Assembly (NCBI GenBank): GCA_963706595.1
Contig: OY970166.1
Coordinates: forward strand, 2,944,001-3,008,000
Reading direction: 5' to 3'
Length of the DNA stretch: 64,000 bases
Source of the DNA: an uncultured cyanobacterium
Lineage (GTDB): Bacteria > Cyanobacteriota > Cyanobacteriia > Cyanobacteriales > Nostocaceae
Shown here: positions 29,613-39,568 of the stretch, in pieces
Layout: each line of letters opens with the position of its first letter
How positions within the stretch are numbered: the stretch's first letter is position 1
Notes under the pieces: model-generated
Seen by the model: only the letters and a program-made list of their open reading frames with translations
Told to the model about the DNA's origin: nothing
The model's database searches: none
Translations under genes and position numbers: made by a program

Positions 29613-30152
29613 ATGAATAGCTGCGTTTTAATGGCAGAAATCATTCAAGAACCACAGTTACGCTATACCGCCGAGAACTTAGCCATCACGGAAATGCTGG
29701 TGCAGTTTCCCAATTCTCAGCGCGCCGAAGACCAGTTAGTTACCTTAAAAGTGGTTGGCTGGGGGAATATGGCTACAGAAATTCAGCAAAATTATCATCA
29801 AGGCGATCGCGTCATTTTAGCAGGACGCTTAGGGATGCATACTGTTGAACGTCAAGAAGGTTTTAAAGAAAAACGTGCTGAATTGACAGTACAACAAATT
29901 CAACCTTTAGGAAGTGGTTTGGGCCCATCGCCATCGGTAACTGCAACACCCGCACAACAACCATCCCCAGCAGTTCCATCTTCACAGAACGAAGTTAATG
30001 TACGTCCAGTCACCGCCCCGGCGACAACTCCCCTTAGCGTTGTTCCCAGTCCGACAAACTTCGTACCCACACCTCCACCTCAAAATTTTGAGCGCACCAC
30101 TTATTCTCCAGTCAAAGAGCAAGAACCAGACCCAGATGATATTCCTTTTTAA
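29613..30152 (+). CDS. ssb: Single-stranded DNA-binding protein (cyanobacterial SSB-like)
   Basis: PQLRYT, OB-fold pattern, acidic tail DDIPF. Confidence 0.85.
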   Translation: MNSCVLMAEIIQEPQLRYTAENLAITEMLVQFPNSQRAEDQLVTLKVVGWGNMATEIQQNYHQGDRVILAGRLGMHTVERQEGFKEKRAELTVQQIQPLGSGLGPSPSVTATPAQQPSPAVPSSQNEVNVRPVTAPATTPLSVVPSPTNFVPTPPPQNFERTTYSPVKEQEPDPDDIPF

Positions 30153-30162
30153 ACTGGGGAGT

Positions 30163-30318
30163 CTACGGTGTACACACATCCTTATCCAGAGAAAGTTTCC
30201 TGGATGAAAGCAATAATTAACCGCTTATCTAGTCCCCCTCCTCGCTTGCGGGGAGGGGTTAGGGGTGGGGTGTTATGTCCACCAACGCGCAATTTCCATA
30301 CTTGTGTGTACACCGTAG
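30163..30318. mobile_element. MITE with CTACGGTGTACACACA TIRs
   Basis: Perfect 16-bp TIR. Confidence 0.85.
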
Positions 30319-30426
30319 TGGCGTGACAAGGCTAAAATGTTGCAATAGATTTTTGAGAAAATCGAGATAAATCAATGTTTTCTGCTTTTTACCTAATGCA
30401 CTATTTTAAGCTTGCCACGCTAGTAG
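30315..30426. mobile_element. MITE with (C/G)TASTRGCGTGRCAAG-type TIRs abutting the previous one
   Basis: TAGTGGCGTGACAAGGCTAAAAT / ATTTTAAGCTTGCCACGCTAGTAG. Confidence 0.7.
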
Positions 30427-30462
30427 GCTGGGGAGTAGGGAGATAAACAAGGGAAATATCAA

Positions 30463-32535
30463 GTGCGATCACTGATTATTGATAACTACGATTCTTATAC
30501 ATTTAACCTCTATCAGATGATCGCCGAAGTCAATGGAGAACTTCCCCTTGTAATTCGCAATGACCAACTGGACTGGGAGCAATTAAAGAAACTGACATTC
30601 GACAATGTGGTAATTTCTCCCGGCCCCGGTCGCCCAGAAAAGGTGAAAGACTTCGGTATTTGCCGAGAGGTGATTCAAAAGGTAAATGTACCCCTATTGG
30701 GCGTTTGTCTCGGTCATCAAGGACTAGCTCATGTCTATGGTGGAACTGTAATTCATGCACCAGAAATTAGACATGGGCGATTGAGTAAAATATATCACAA
30801 TAATTCTGAGCTATTTCAGGGTATTCCTCATAGCTTTTCTGTTGTCCGCTACCACTCCTTAATAGTTGCAGAAGAGTTACCCAGTTGTTTGGAAAAAGTA
30901 GCTTGGACTGAAGAAGGGCTAATCATGGCGCTGCGTCATCGACATTTACCATTTTGGGGTGTGCAGTTTCATCCAGAATCAATCTGTACAGAATACGGTG
31001 GGAAACTTTTAGAAAATTTCCGAGATATCACTGAGCAATTTACGCAGAAAAAATCAGGAGTAAGAACTGAAAACCGGGAAGTTTCTTCACCCCTGCAACA
31101 GCACCCCCGCCTCCCTAACTTTTCTGATTCCCAGTACCAAGTTTGCAGTCAAAAACTGGATATTTATCTGGATGCAGAACAGGTGTTTGTTCATTTGTTT
31201 GGGAAAGATACTCACGCCTTTTGGCTTGATAGCAGCTTAGTTGAGCTTGGTCTTTCTCGTTTCTCTTTTATGGGTGGGAGTGGTGGTTTAAATAGCTTGT
31301 TGGTTGAGTATTGTACCCAAACCCAAGCAATCACTATTACTCAATCAAGTATTATTACACACTGCACAGACAGTATTTTTGACTATCTCAAACGGGAAAT
31401 TAATCGCCGACAGTGTAAATCTGAGCAGCTACCTTTTGACTTCAATTGTGGGTTTGTGGGTTACTTCGGTTATGAAATTAAGGCAGAATGTGAATCTGAG
31501 CTAGTGCATCCTGCGTCGCTTCCCGATGCGATGTTTATCTTCGCTGATCAAATGATTGTTTTTGACCACCAAGAACAAACTATATATCTGGTATGTCTTA
31601 CCAAAAAGCATCAAACTACACAAGCACAAACTTGGTTTGAGTCAACAGAAAAACAACTTCGCGCCCTAGCTCCCCTACCGCCGATTATTCCCGTGAGTGC
31701 CAAAGAACCGATAGTTTTCCGCCTCAGCCGTTCTCACGAAACTTACATAAATGATATTCACAAGTGTCTCAATGAAATCAAGGAGGGCGAGAGTTACCAA
31801 ATTTGTTTAACTAACAAACTTTATACAGACAGCACCCCTAATTCACTGGAATTTTATCGCACCTTACGCCGAGTTAATCCAGCCCCATACTCAGCATTTC
31901 TGCGCTTTGGTGAGGTGGCGATCGCTTGTTCATCTCCAGAAAGGTTTTTACGAATTGACCGCACCGGATGGGTGGAAACGAAGCCGATCAAAGGTACTTC
32001 CAGACGTGGAAAGACTCCCGCCGAAGATCAAATACTGCGTGAACAATTGCGTCACAGCGAAAAAGACCGCGCAGAAAACTTAATGATTGTGGATTTGTTA
32101 CGCAACGATTTAGGCTTAGTCTGTGAAGTAGGTAGTATCCACGTGACAAAGTTGATGGAGGTAGAAACTTATGCTACGGTGCATCAACTTGTCAGTACAA
32201 TTCGGGGTTGTTTGCGCTCAGATATGGCTGTAACTGATTGTATTAAAATGGCGTTTCCTGGTGGTTCGATGACAGGCGCACCAAAAATCAGAACCATGAA
32301 AATTATCGATGAATTAGAGCAAGAAGCCCGTGGAGTTTATTCAGGCGCGATTGGGTTTTTAGGGCTGAATGGTGCAGCAGATTTGAATATTGTGATTCGG
32401 ACTGCACTTTTGACTCCCAATGGAACCTCTATTGGTATTGGTGGTGGTATTGTGGCTTTATCTGATCCTGAAGCTGAATTTGAGGAAGCTTGTTTGAAAG
32501 CACAGGCTTTAGTTAAAGTTATACTTTCGCTTTGA
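30463..32535 (+). CDS. pabB: Fused aminodeoxychorismate synthase (PabA glutamine amidotransferase + PabB)
   Basis: IDNYDSYT, SPGPG, GVCLGHQ, QFHPES; KPIKGT, EKDRAENLMIVDLLRND, FPGGSMTGAPK. Confidence 0.92.
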   Translation: MRSLIIDNYDSYTFNLYQMIAEVNGELPLVIRNDQLDWEQLKKLTFDNVVISPGPGRPEKVKDFGICREVIQKVNVPLLGVCLGHQGLAHVYGGTVIHAPEIRHGRLSKIYHNNSELFQGIPHSFSVVRYHSLIVAEELPSCLEKVAWTEEGLIMALRHRHLPFWGVQFHPESICTEYGGKLLENFRDITEQFTQKKSGVRTENREVSSPLQQHPRLPNFSDSQYQVCSQKLDIYLDAEQVFVHLFGKDTHAFWLDSSLVELGLSRFSFMGGSGGLNSLLVEYCTQTQAITITQSSIITHCTDSIFDYLKREINRRQCKSEQLPFDFNCGFVGYFGYEIKAECESELVHPASLPDAMFIFADQMIVFDHQEQTIYLVCLTKKHQTTQAQTWFESTEKQLRALAPLPPIIPVSAKEPIVFRLSRSHETYINDIHKCLNEIKEGESYQICLTNKLYTDSTPNSLEFYRTLRRVNPAPYSAFLRFGEVAIACSSPERFLRIDRTGWVETKPIKGTSRRGKTPAEDQILREQLRHSEKDRAENLMIVDLLRNDLGLVCEVGSIHVTKLMEVETYATVHQLVSTIRGCLRSDMAVTDCIKMAFPGGSMTGAPKIRTMKIIDELEQEARGVYSGAIGFLGLNGAADLNIVIRTALLTPNGTSIGIGGGIVALSDPEAEFEEACLKAQALVKVILSL

Positions 32536-32546
32536 AAAACAAAAAT

Positions 32547-33305
32547 ATGAACATTACACAAAATAGAAACGAGAAGAGGGTTGCTCTTGTTACTGGTTCA
32601 ACCTCTGGTATTGGCATGGCAATTGCAAAACAACTGGCCGCAGATGGATTTACCATCGCTTTTCATTCCAAATCTTCAATTGAAGCTGGTGAAGAATTAG
32701 CGCAAGCTCATGAAGGCGCATCTTATACTCAGGCTGATTTGGCCGATCAAAGCCAAGTTCATCGCTTGGTCAGCGAAGTGTTACAGCACCACGGTCGCCT
32801 TGATATACTGGTAAATAATGCGGGCATTAATGCAGTGATTCCACATACTTCTCTTCAGGAGGCATCTGCGGAGATTTGGCGGGAACTTTATGAGGTCAAC
32901 GTCATTGCACCTTGGACACTTATTGCAGATGCTGAAGCTGCACTGAGAGAGTCATCAAGTGCTGATCGTCCCAGTTGCATTCTTAATATTAGTTCTCATG
33001 CAGGCATTCGTCCCAAAGGAGCCTCAATCCCCTACGCCGCTAGCAAGGCGGCTTTAAACCACATGACCAAGTTACTGGCAATGAATCTCGCACCAGATAT
33101 TCGCGTCAATGCAATTGCACCAGGTTTGGTAGATACGCCGATGAGCATAAATTGGACAGCGGCCCAAAAGCTCTGGAAGGAGCGATCGCCGATGGGACGG
33201 GGCGCACAGCCAGCAGAAATCGCTCAAGTGGCCTCTCTGCTGATTTCGAGTGACTATCTTACAGGCGAGATAGTTATTTGTGATGGCGGACTAAATCTCA
33301 CTTGA
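32547..33305 (+). CDS. SDR family oxidoreductase
   Basis: TGSTSGIG, VNNAG, YAASK, NAIAPG. Confidence 0.9.
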   Translation: MNITQNRNEKRVALVTGSTSGIGMAIAKQLAADGFTIAFHSKSSIEAGEELAQAHEGASYTQADLADQSQVHRLVSEVLQHHGRLDILVNNAGINAVIPHTSLQEASAEIWRELYEVNVIAPWTLIADAEAALRESSSADRPSCILNISSHAGIRPKGASIPYAASKAALNHMTKLLAMNLAPDIRVNAIAPGLVDTPMSINWTAAQKLWKERSPMGRGAQPAEIAQVASLLISSDYLTGEIVICDGGLNLT

Positions 33306-33365
33306 TGGCATCGAGCAATGAGCCTAACAAGCAGTAATAAAAGCGGTTAAAAAATAAACCATTAA

Positions 33366-34130
33366 TTAGCGGAAATTACCAGGATTCAAACGGCTAGGGC
33401 TTTGAGGTTGAGAATTACTTGCTGCGCCACTTGGTCGCAGAGTACCACCATCTTGAGGTGCGAGATAAGGTTTCAAATTAATACCACTTCTAGATGCAGT
33501 AGTGCGATTGTTACCACCACCGAGAAGTGTGCGCCCTAAATTGTATAATTCGTTTACTCCTCCCAGGTTGCGATCGCCATAAGTATTAACAGCAGTTGTC
33601 TGTTGTCCACTATCAGCAGTCGTCAAATTTTGGAAAACGCTATTACGGACCACAACAGGATCTTGTCCACGGGGTACTGTCAGCACAATGCGACAAAATG
33701 AGTTAGCCTGGGTGGTTACACAGACAATATTCTCATTATTTTCTACAGCCGTTTGCAGTTCTTGTAAACCATCGGGGCGATATAATTCCAAGCGGGTGGC
33801 GATCGCTTCACAGCGTTTTTGTGGACTCCAACCACCACCCAAAGCCGCTGGTGCTGCCCAAGGGAATAATTGCCCTGGTATATTTTGAGGCTGATACATA
33901 ACAGTATACTGCCCATTGTAAAATTGACAAGTAAACCGAGTCCCACTGGTTACAGTTGGTGTGCTTGTGGGTGTCCCTGTGGGCGTTGATGTACCGCCTG
34001 AAGGTACTGTTGGGACAACAACATCACCGGAATTAGAATCATCAAATTGAGCAAAAGCCGCCGAATTACCCAGGAATAAAGATAAGCCCAGACTGCTCAA
34101 AAATATAAACTTTAAAGGTTGTGAAGACAT
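33366..34130 (-). CDS. COP23 domain-containing secreted protein
   Basis: Signal peptide; RFTC, GGWSPQKRC, NIVC pattern. Confidence 0.8.
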   Translation of the reverse strand: MSSQPLKFIFLSSLGLSLFLGNSAAFAQFDDSNSGDVVVPTVPSGGTSTPTGTPTSTPTVTSGTRFTCQFYNGQYTVMYQPQNIPGQLFPWAAPAALGGGWSPQKRCEAIATRLELYRPDGLQELQTAVENNENIVCVTTQANSFCRIVLTVPRGQDPVVVRNSVFQNLTTADSGQQTTAVNTYGDRNLGGVNELYNLGRTLLGGGNNRTTASRSGINLKPYLAPQDGGTLRPSGAASNSQPQSPSRLNPGNFR

Positions 34131-34220
34131 AAATTATTGCCCAGTGGAAATTGGGGAGGGAGTTGATAAATTAAGTGACGAACAATTTGGTATTTTTGAT
34201 TCATCCAGAATCGTGATCTT

Positions 34221-35156
34221 TCACAATCGGATAGAAATAGCTGCTTCTGGGTCGTATCCCCTACCTTGACAAAATTCATCTACCCAAGAAGCCAAACCGT
34301 AAGCATGATTACCAAGTGATGGCATAACTTTCTGGGTTATATCTTTGGGTTTTGGTGGGATTTTGCCATGCTTGTTATTGTCTGGAATTGGCGATTTAAA
34401 GCAGTCACGTAAAAATAAAATCCCAGTTAAACAATTTGTCCTCAGCAGAAGAGTACCAAACTTGATGGGTAGACGATAAAACTGGGAATCCTTAACTTTT
34501 CGGGAGGGTAGAGTTTTAGCTTTGTTCAGCACATCGATAGTAATTGCCAAAGGCGATTGCGCGGAGCGCAGTGCCAAAGGCGATCGCACTGGTTTATCTT
34601 CCAGTAGTAAACTTGAAGGTGATTTGGCGCAGTGTACCATCTTCGCAGAAGGACAAGAAGCAACCTGAGTCGCCACCGATGAAACAAGTTTTTGAGTGGG
34701 AAGAATCTCATAATTTTCTGTATATGCTGACACAGGTTTATTTAACCGTGGTAGATCAGAAGTGAGAGTTGCAGCCGGAGAAATCTGAGGAGCAACTGTC
34801 ACCAAGGCTACAGGTGTGCTTTGGGTATAGTTTTCTTGTAAAGACTCGCTTTCCAACTGAGTTGTAATTGGAGAATGCTCTGAGTTGATTAAACCTAATT
34901 CTTGATCAGGATTGAAATCCAGACCTAAACTTGTGACTATGTGATCGGGATTATTATTCAGATCCAGGATAAAAGACATAACCTGATCAAACTGTGGCTC
35001 TAAAACCGACAAAGTAGCCAAAATAAACCCAGACGAAGGACGGCGCAAACCATTGTAAGTACCCCAAACCCTCATCTTTACCAGCCAAGAACGATTTTGC
35101 TCATAGTAACTCAGCCATTTAATTTTCACAGATTGACGTAGCTGCTGAATATTCAT
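34221..35156 (-). CDS. DUF5331-like protein
   Basis: KWLSYYEQNRSW...RRPSSGFILATLSVLEP...LGLDFNPD. Confidence 0.75.
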   Translation of the reverse strand: MNIQQLRQSVKIKWLSYYEQNRSWLVKMRVWGTYNGLRRPSSGFILATLSVLEPQFDQVMSFILDLNNNPDHIVTSLGLDFNPDQELGLINSEHSPITTQLESESLQENYTQSTPVALVTVAPQISPAATLTSDLPRLNKPVSAYTENYEILPTQKLVSSVATQVASCPSAKMVHCAKSPSSLLLEDKPVRSPLALRSAQSPLAITIDVLNKAKTLPSRKVKDSQFYRLPIKFGTLLLRTNCLTGILFLRDCFKSPIPDNNKHGKIPPKPKDITQKVMPSLGNHAYGLASWVDEFCQGRGYDPEAAISIRL

Positions 35157-35179
35157 AAACTTGTATATTTTTAATTTGC

Positions 35180-35512
35180 TTAACCCTGGGTATGAAATCG
35201 ATAATAAAGCATTCTTTTGACACTTTGACCACCTAGCAAATGTTGTTCTACCACTAGAGGTACTTCATGAGGTATAACGCCGCCATACCAGACCATATCC
35301 GGTAACACCAGCACCATTGGACCGTTACCACATTGTCCCAAGCAGCCGCTAGCCGTTACCGTCACATCCGGAACTGGGAAAGCAGTAAAAGCCGCTAATA
35401 CCTCTGCTGCACCTTGCTTTTTACAAGTGCGATTTTGGCACACCCGCACACATCTAGCCGCAGAGTTAGCGTCTGTTTGAGGAGAGTTAGATGATTGACT
35501 GATATTAGACAT
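35180..35512 (-). CDS. Thioredoxin-like [2Fe-2S] ferredoxin
   Basis: VCQNRTC...GCLGQCGNGP...P...WY. Confidence 0.88.
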   Translation of the reverse strand: MSNISQSSNSPQTDANSAARCVRVCQNRTCKKQGAAEVLAAFTAFPVPDVTVTASGCLGQCGNGPMVLVLPDMVWYGGVIPHEVPLVVEQHLLGGQSVKRMLYYRFHTQG

Positions 35513-35726
35513 TGGTAAAATAATGGTAGATACCCTGAAAACTGGGAAATTGGAAGGAACCACAGTGTACACACAAGTCCAAAAACCTTTCATTTGGTAG
35601 GGTGCGTTATGGACTTTAGTCCTAACGCACCGAAATTTAGGATGGTGCGTTGCTGAAAACTGGGAAATTGGCATGATTCCTGCTCCCTCTCCTTACTAAG
35701 GAGAGGGCTGGGGTGAGGTTTAACGA

Positions 35727-36701
35727 CTAATTAACGACTAATCCTTTTGACGCTAGCCATTCGCTGTTGAAAATGCGTGACTGATACCGAGAACCGCTAT
35801 CACATAAAATGGTAGCAATAGTATGTCCTGGACCCATCTGCTTTGCCAAAGCCACAGCCGCCCCAACATTAATCCCCGTAGAACCGCCCATTAATATTCC
35901 ATCCTTTCGCAAAAGTTGATAAACCACCCGCAAAGCTTCTGTGTCATCTATTTGGATAGCATCATCAATGGGTGCGCCTTCCATATTGGCAGTGATGCGG
36001 CTATTACCGATACCCTCAGTGATAGAACTGCCCTCAATCTTGACCTCACCGGTTTTGATATAGCTATACAGTCCGCTACCCATCGGGTCAGCCACGACGC
36101 ATTTCACACCCGGATTTTTGGCTTTGAGATACAAAGACACACCAGCAAAAGTACCACCAGTACCAGTTGCAGCAGTCCAGCCATCAATTTTACCCTCGGT
36201 CTGTCTCCAAATTTCCGGCCCTGTAGTTTCGTAGTGCGCGAGACGGTTGGCTAAATTATCAAACTGATTTGCCCAAATAGCATTATCTAACTCGGCGGCG
36301 ATTCTCCCAGATAGTTTCACATAGTTATTGGGGTCTTTGTAGGGAACCGCCGGCACAGTCCGCACCTCTGCACCTAGAGTCGTCAGCGCATCAATTTTTT
36401 CTTGGGATTGGGTATTGGGAATAATAATCAGGCATTTATAGCCTTTGGCGTTGCAAATATGTGCTAAACCAATCCCCGTATTCCCTGCGGTTCCTTCAAC
36501 AACAGTACCACCGGGTTTGAGTAGACCCTTTTTTTCTGCATCTTCAATAATGTAAAGTGCGGCGCGGTCTTTGACGGAACCCCCAGGATTAAGAAATTCT
36601 GCTTTACCAAGGATTTCGCAACCTGTTTCCTCACTAAAGCTGTTTAAGCGAATTAGCGGTGTGTTCCCAACGCTGCCGATAAATCCATTTTTGATATCCA
36701 T
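35727..36701 (-). CDS. cysK: Cysteine synthase (O-acetylserine thiol-lyase family)
   Basis: [27 protein letters not shown]. Confidence 0.9.
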   Translation of the reverse strand: MDIKNGFIGSVGNTPLIRLNSFSEETGCEILGKAEFLNPGGSVKDRAALYIIEDAEKKGLLKPGGTVVEGTAGNTGIGLAHICNAKGYKCLIIIPNTQSQEKIDALTTLGAEVRTVPAVPYKDPNNYVKLSGRIAAELDNAIWANQFDNLANRLAHYETTGPEIWRQTEGKIDGWTAATGTGGTFAGVSLYLKAKNPGVKCVVADPMGSGLYSYIKTGEVKIEGSSITEGIGNSRITANMEGAPIDDAIQIDDTEALRVVYQLLRKDGILMGGSTGINVGAAVALAKQMGPGHTIATILCDSGSRYQSRIFNSEWLASKGLVVN

Positions 36702-36994
36702 TTCAACTTTACCTGAGTTCTGGTCTATAAAAATTTTGGCGTATTCCGGTGGTAATATTGACAGATTTTTCTACCAAAATACTAATACACCATATAGCAG
36801 ACAAATTAAATGTGACTATTTCTGGAATGCAGGCGCAGGTAATGGAATCTAAGTTCTAGCTTCCCATGAGTCAGCAATGGTAAATTCAGAAAAAGTTTCA
36901 CTGTAGTTAATTCAATTAGTTGTAAAATAAAATACAATAGACCTATTTTGTAAGTCCTGTTATCATTTCATTGTTTTAGCTGGAGTTGAGACTG

Positions 36995-37312
36995 ATGACA
37001 TCTCAAGATGATCGCCATAACGAACTAGAGCAACGAGAACGTAAATTGCGGGAACGAGAAGTTGAATTACGACTGCGGGAAATGGAATCTGATATTAACT
37101 TGCCTGTTCATCAGACAATGAAGCATCAGCCGGAGAAGTCCCAAAAGCCGTGGATGAAAAAAATTGTTCTCGGTGGGAAATTATTTCTGCTCGGCGTTGC
37201 AGCATTGGTAGCTGTGAAAATATCTTCAGTCGTTGCGGGGATAATGATTGTCTCTGCATTGGGGTGGATATCTTACAAATTATTTTTGGATTCCAACAAC
37301 AAGCGTCGTTAA
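36995..37312 (+). CDS. Small coiled-coil + 2-TM membrane protein (DUF3040-like)
   Basis: ERERKLREREVELRLRE coiled coil, C-terminal hydrophobic hairpin. Confidence 0.7.
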   Translation: MTSQDDRHNELEQRERKLREREVELRLREMESDINLPVHQTMKHQPEKSQKPWMKKIVLGGKLFLLGVAALVAVKISSVVAGIMIVSALGWISYKLFLDSNNKRR

Positions 37313-37324
37313 CTACGGGTAATT

Positions 37325-39409
37325 GTGATGAGTCAACAACTTGATACTGACAGATTTATCAACGATTTAGAACGGGTTGCTCAAGTGCGGGCAGAAATTT
37401 CTGGATGTCTGAGCAGAATGGCTGACACCATCCAAAAAGCTGAATTAGCTGGAGAATCTTCTTCCGGAAAACTCAGTTTAGAGCGAGATATTGAAGATAT
37501 TACAGTAGCCAGTAAAAACCTGAGAAAAGGTGTGTTTCGCCTGCTGGTTTTAGGCGATATGAAACGAGGTAAAAGCACGTTTCTAAATGCTTTGATTGGG
37601 GAGAATTTGCTCCCTAGTGATGTTAATCCTTGTACGGCGGTGTTAACGGTTTTACGTTACGGGGCTGAGAAAACAGTCACCATTCATTTTAATGATGGCA
37701 AAAATCCCCAAAGGCTAGATTTTCAAAGTTTTAAGTATAAATATACTATTGACCCAGCCGAAGCTAAAAAACTAGAACAGGAGAAAAAACAAGCTTTTCC
37801 TGATGTTGATTATGCAGTTGTAGAGTATCCTTTAGCATTGCTACAAAAGGGCATTGAAATTGTTGATAGTCCAGGCTTAAATGATACAGAAGCCCGCAAT
37901 GAATTGTCTTTAGGTTATGTGAATAATTGTCACGCAATTCTGTTTGTGATGCGAGCTTCTCAACCCTGTACTTTGGGTGAGCGGAGATATCTGGAGAATT
38001 ATATTAAAGGTAGAGGATTATCGGTTTTCTTTTTAATTAACGCTTGGGATCAGGTGCGAGAATCTTTAATTGATCCTGATGATGAAGAGGAGTTACAAGG
38101 GTCTGAAAACAGATTACGGCAAGTATTCAAGGCGAATTTAGCTGAATATTGCCGTGTGGATGGTCAGGATATTTACGAAGAACGGGTATTTGAAGTTTCA
38201 TCAATTCAAGCGCTGCGAAAACGACTGAAGAATCCCCAAGCCGATTTAGGGGGAACGGGTTTTGCAGAATTTATGGGTTCACTGAACACTTTTCTTACCA
38301 GAGAGCGCGCGATCGCCGAACTCCGCCAGGTTAGAACATTAGGTAGACAAGCCTGTAAGCATACCCAAGAAGCAATTTCTAGACGATTACCATTACTTGA
38401 TCAAGATGTCAATGAATTAAAAAAACGGCTGGATTCTGTAGAACCTGAGTTTAATAAACTGACTGGAATTCGAGATCAATTTCAAAAAGAAATCATCAAT
38501 ACCAGAGATAGCCAAGCCCGAAAAATTTCGGAATCTTTCCGTGGTTATGTTTTAAATTTAGGTAATACTTTTGAAACTGATTTTTTACGCTATCAACCAG
38601 AATTAAATGTTTTAGATTTCCTGAGTAGCGGTAAACGGGAAGCATTTAATCAAGCATTGCAAAAAGCCTTTGAACAATATATTGCTGATAAAGGTGCGGC
38701 TTGGACTTTAACTGCGGAAAAAGATATTAATAGCGCTTTTCAAGAATTATCTCGCAGTGCTGCACAGTATGGCGCATCTTACACCCAAGTCACAGACCAA
38801 ATTACCGAAAAACTCACCGGACAGCCAGTGAAAGTAAATACTCATTCCACCCCAGAAGATGATAAATCACCAGGATGGGCAAAATGGGCAATGGGATTGT
38901 TATCTTTATCTAGGGGAAACTTGGCTGGTGTAGCTTTAGCAGGTGCTGGATTTGATTGGAAAAATATTTTGTTAAACTACTTCACTGTCATTGGTGTTGG
39001 GGGAATACTCACGGCTGTGACAGGTATTTTTCTCGGTCCCATTGGCTTTGCTTTGCTAGGTTTAGGAGTAGGCTTTTTACAAGCAGACCAAGCACGTAAA
39101 GAGTTAGTTAAAACTGCCAAAACTGAGTTAGTGAAATACTTACCACAAATAGCCCATGAACAATCTCAAACCGTATACGATGCGGTGAAGGAGTGTTTTG
39201 ATTCTTATGAAAAAGAGGTAAGTCTGCGAATTAATGATGATATTGTCTCTCGCAAATCTGAGTTAGATAATTTAGTTCAGCAGAAAGAAACACGGGAAAT
39301 AAATCGCGAGAGTGAGTTACAACGGTTGAAAAAATTACAGGAAGATGTCATAGGTGAAATGCAACAAATTGAGTCTGTATATAGTGATTTATTGGCTTAC
39401 TATAGCTAG
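37325..39409 (+). CDS. Bacterial dynamin-like protein (BDLP1 orthologue)
   Basis: GDMKRGKS, PCTAV, DSPGLND, hydrophobic paddle; N-terminus resembles Nostoc punctiforme BDLP as recalled. Confidence 0.92.
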   Translation: MMSQQLDTDRFINDLERVAQVRAEISGCLSRMADTIQKAELAGESSSGKLSLERDIEDITVASKNLRKGVFRLLVLGDMKRGKSTFLNALIGENLLPSDVNPCTAVLTVLRYGAEKTVTIHFNDGKNPQRLDFQSFKYKYTIDPAEAKKLEQEKKQAFPDVDYAVVEYPLALLQKGIEIVDSPGLNDTEARNELSLGYVNNCHAILFVMRASQPCTLGERRYLENYIKGRGLSVFFLINAWDQVRESLIDPDDEEELQGSENRLRQVFKANLAEYCRVDGQDIYEERVFEVSSIQALRKRLKNPQADLGGTGFAEFMGSLNTFLTRERAIAELRQVRTLGRQACKHTQEAISRRLPLLDQDVNELKKRLDSVEPEFNKLTGIRDQFQKEIINTRDSQARKISESFRGYVLNLGNTFETDFLRYQPELNVLDFLSSGKREAFNQALQKAFEQYIADKGAAWTLTAEKDINSAFQELSRSAAQYGASYTQVTDQITEKLTGQPVKVNTHSTPEDDKSPGWAKWAMGLLSLSRGNLAGVALAGAGFDWKNILLNYFTVIGVGGILTAVTGIFLGPIGFALLGLGVGFLQADQARKELVKTAKTELVKYLPQIAHEQSQTVYDAVKECFDSYEKEVSLRINDDIVSRKSELDNLVQQKETREINRESELQRLKKLQEDVIGEMQQIESVYSDLLAYYS

Positions 39410-39568
39410 TGGTTTGGGATGTGCATTTAATATGGAATAACGAACCGCCAAGTCGCCAAGAACGCCAAGGTTGAGAGGAATATTTTCGCTTTGTAGAGAC
39501 GCGATTCATCGCGTCTTTTCCTAATATATCGGGCAAGACTATAGATAATTTGCTAGCATCAGGGAAAT

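Noticed and set aside
35513..35674. N-terminal extension of the ferredoxin ORF
   Set aside because: It runs through repeat/MITE sequence; ATG 35512 is more plausible
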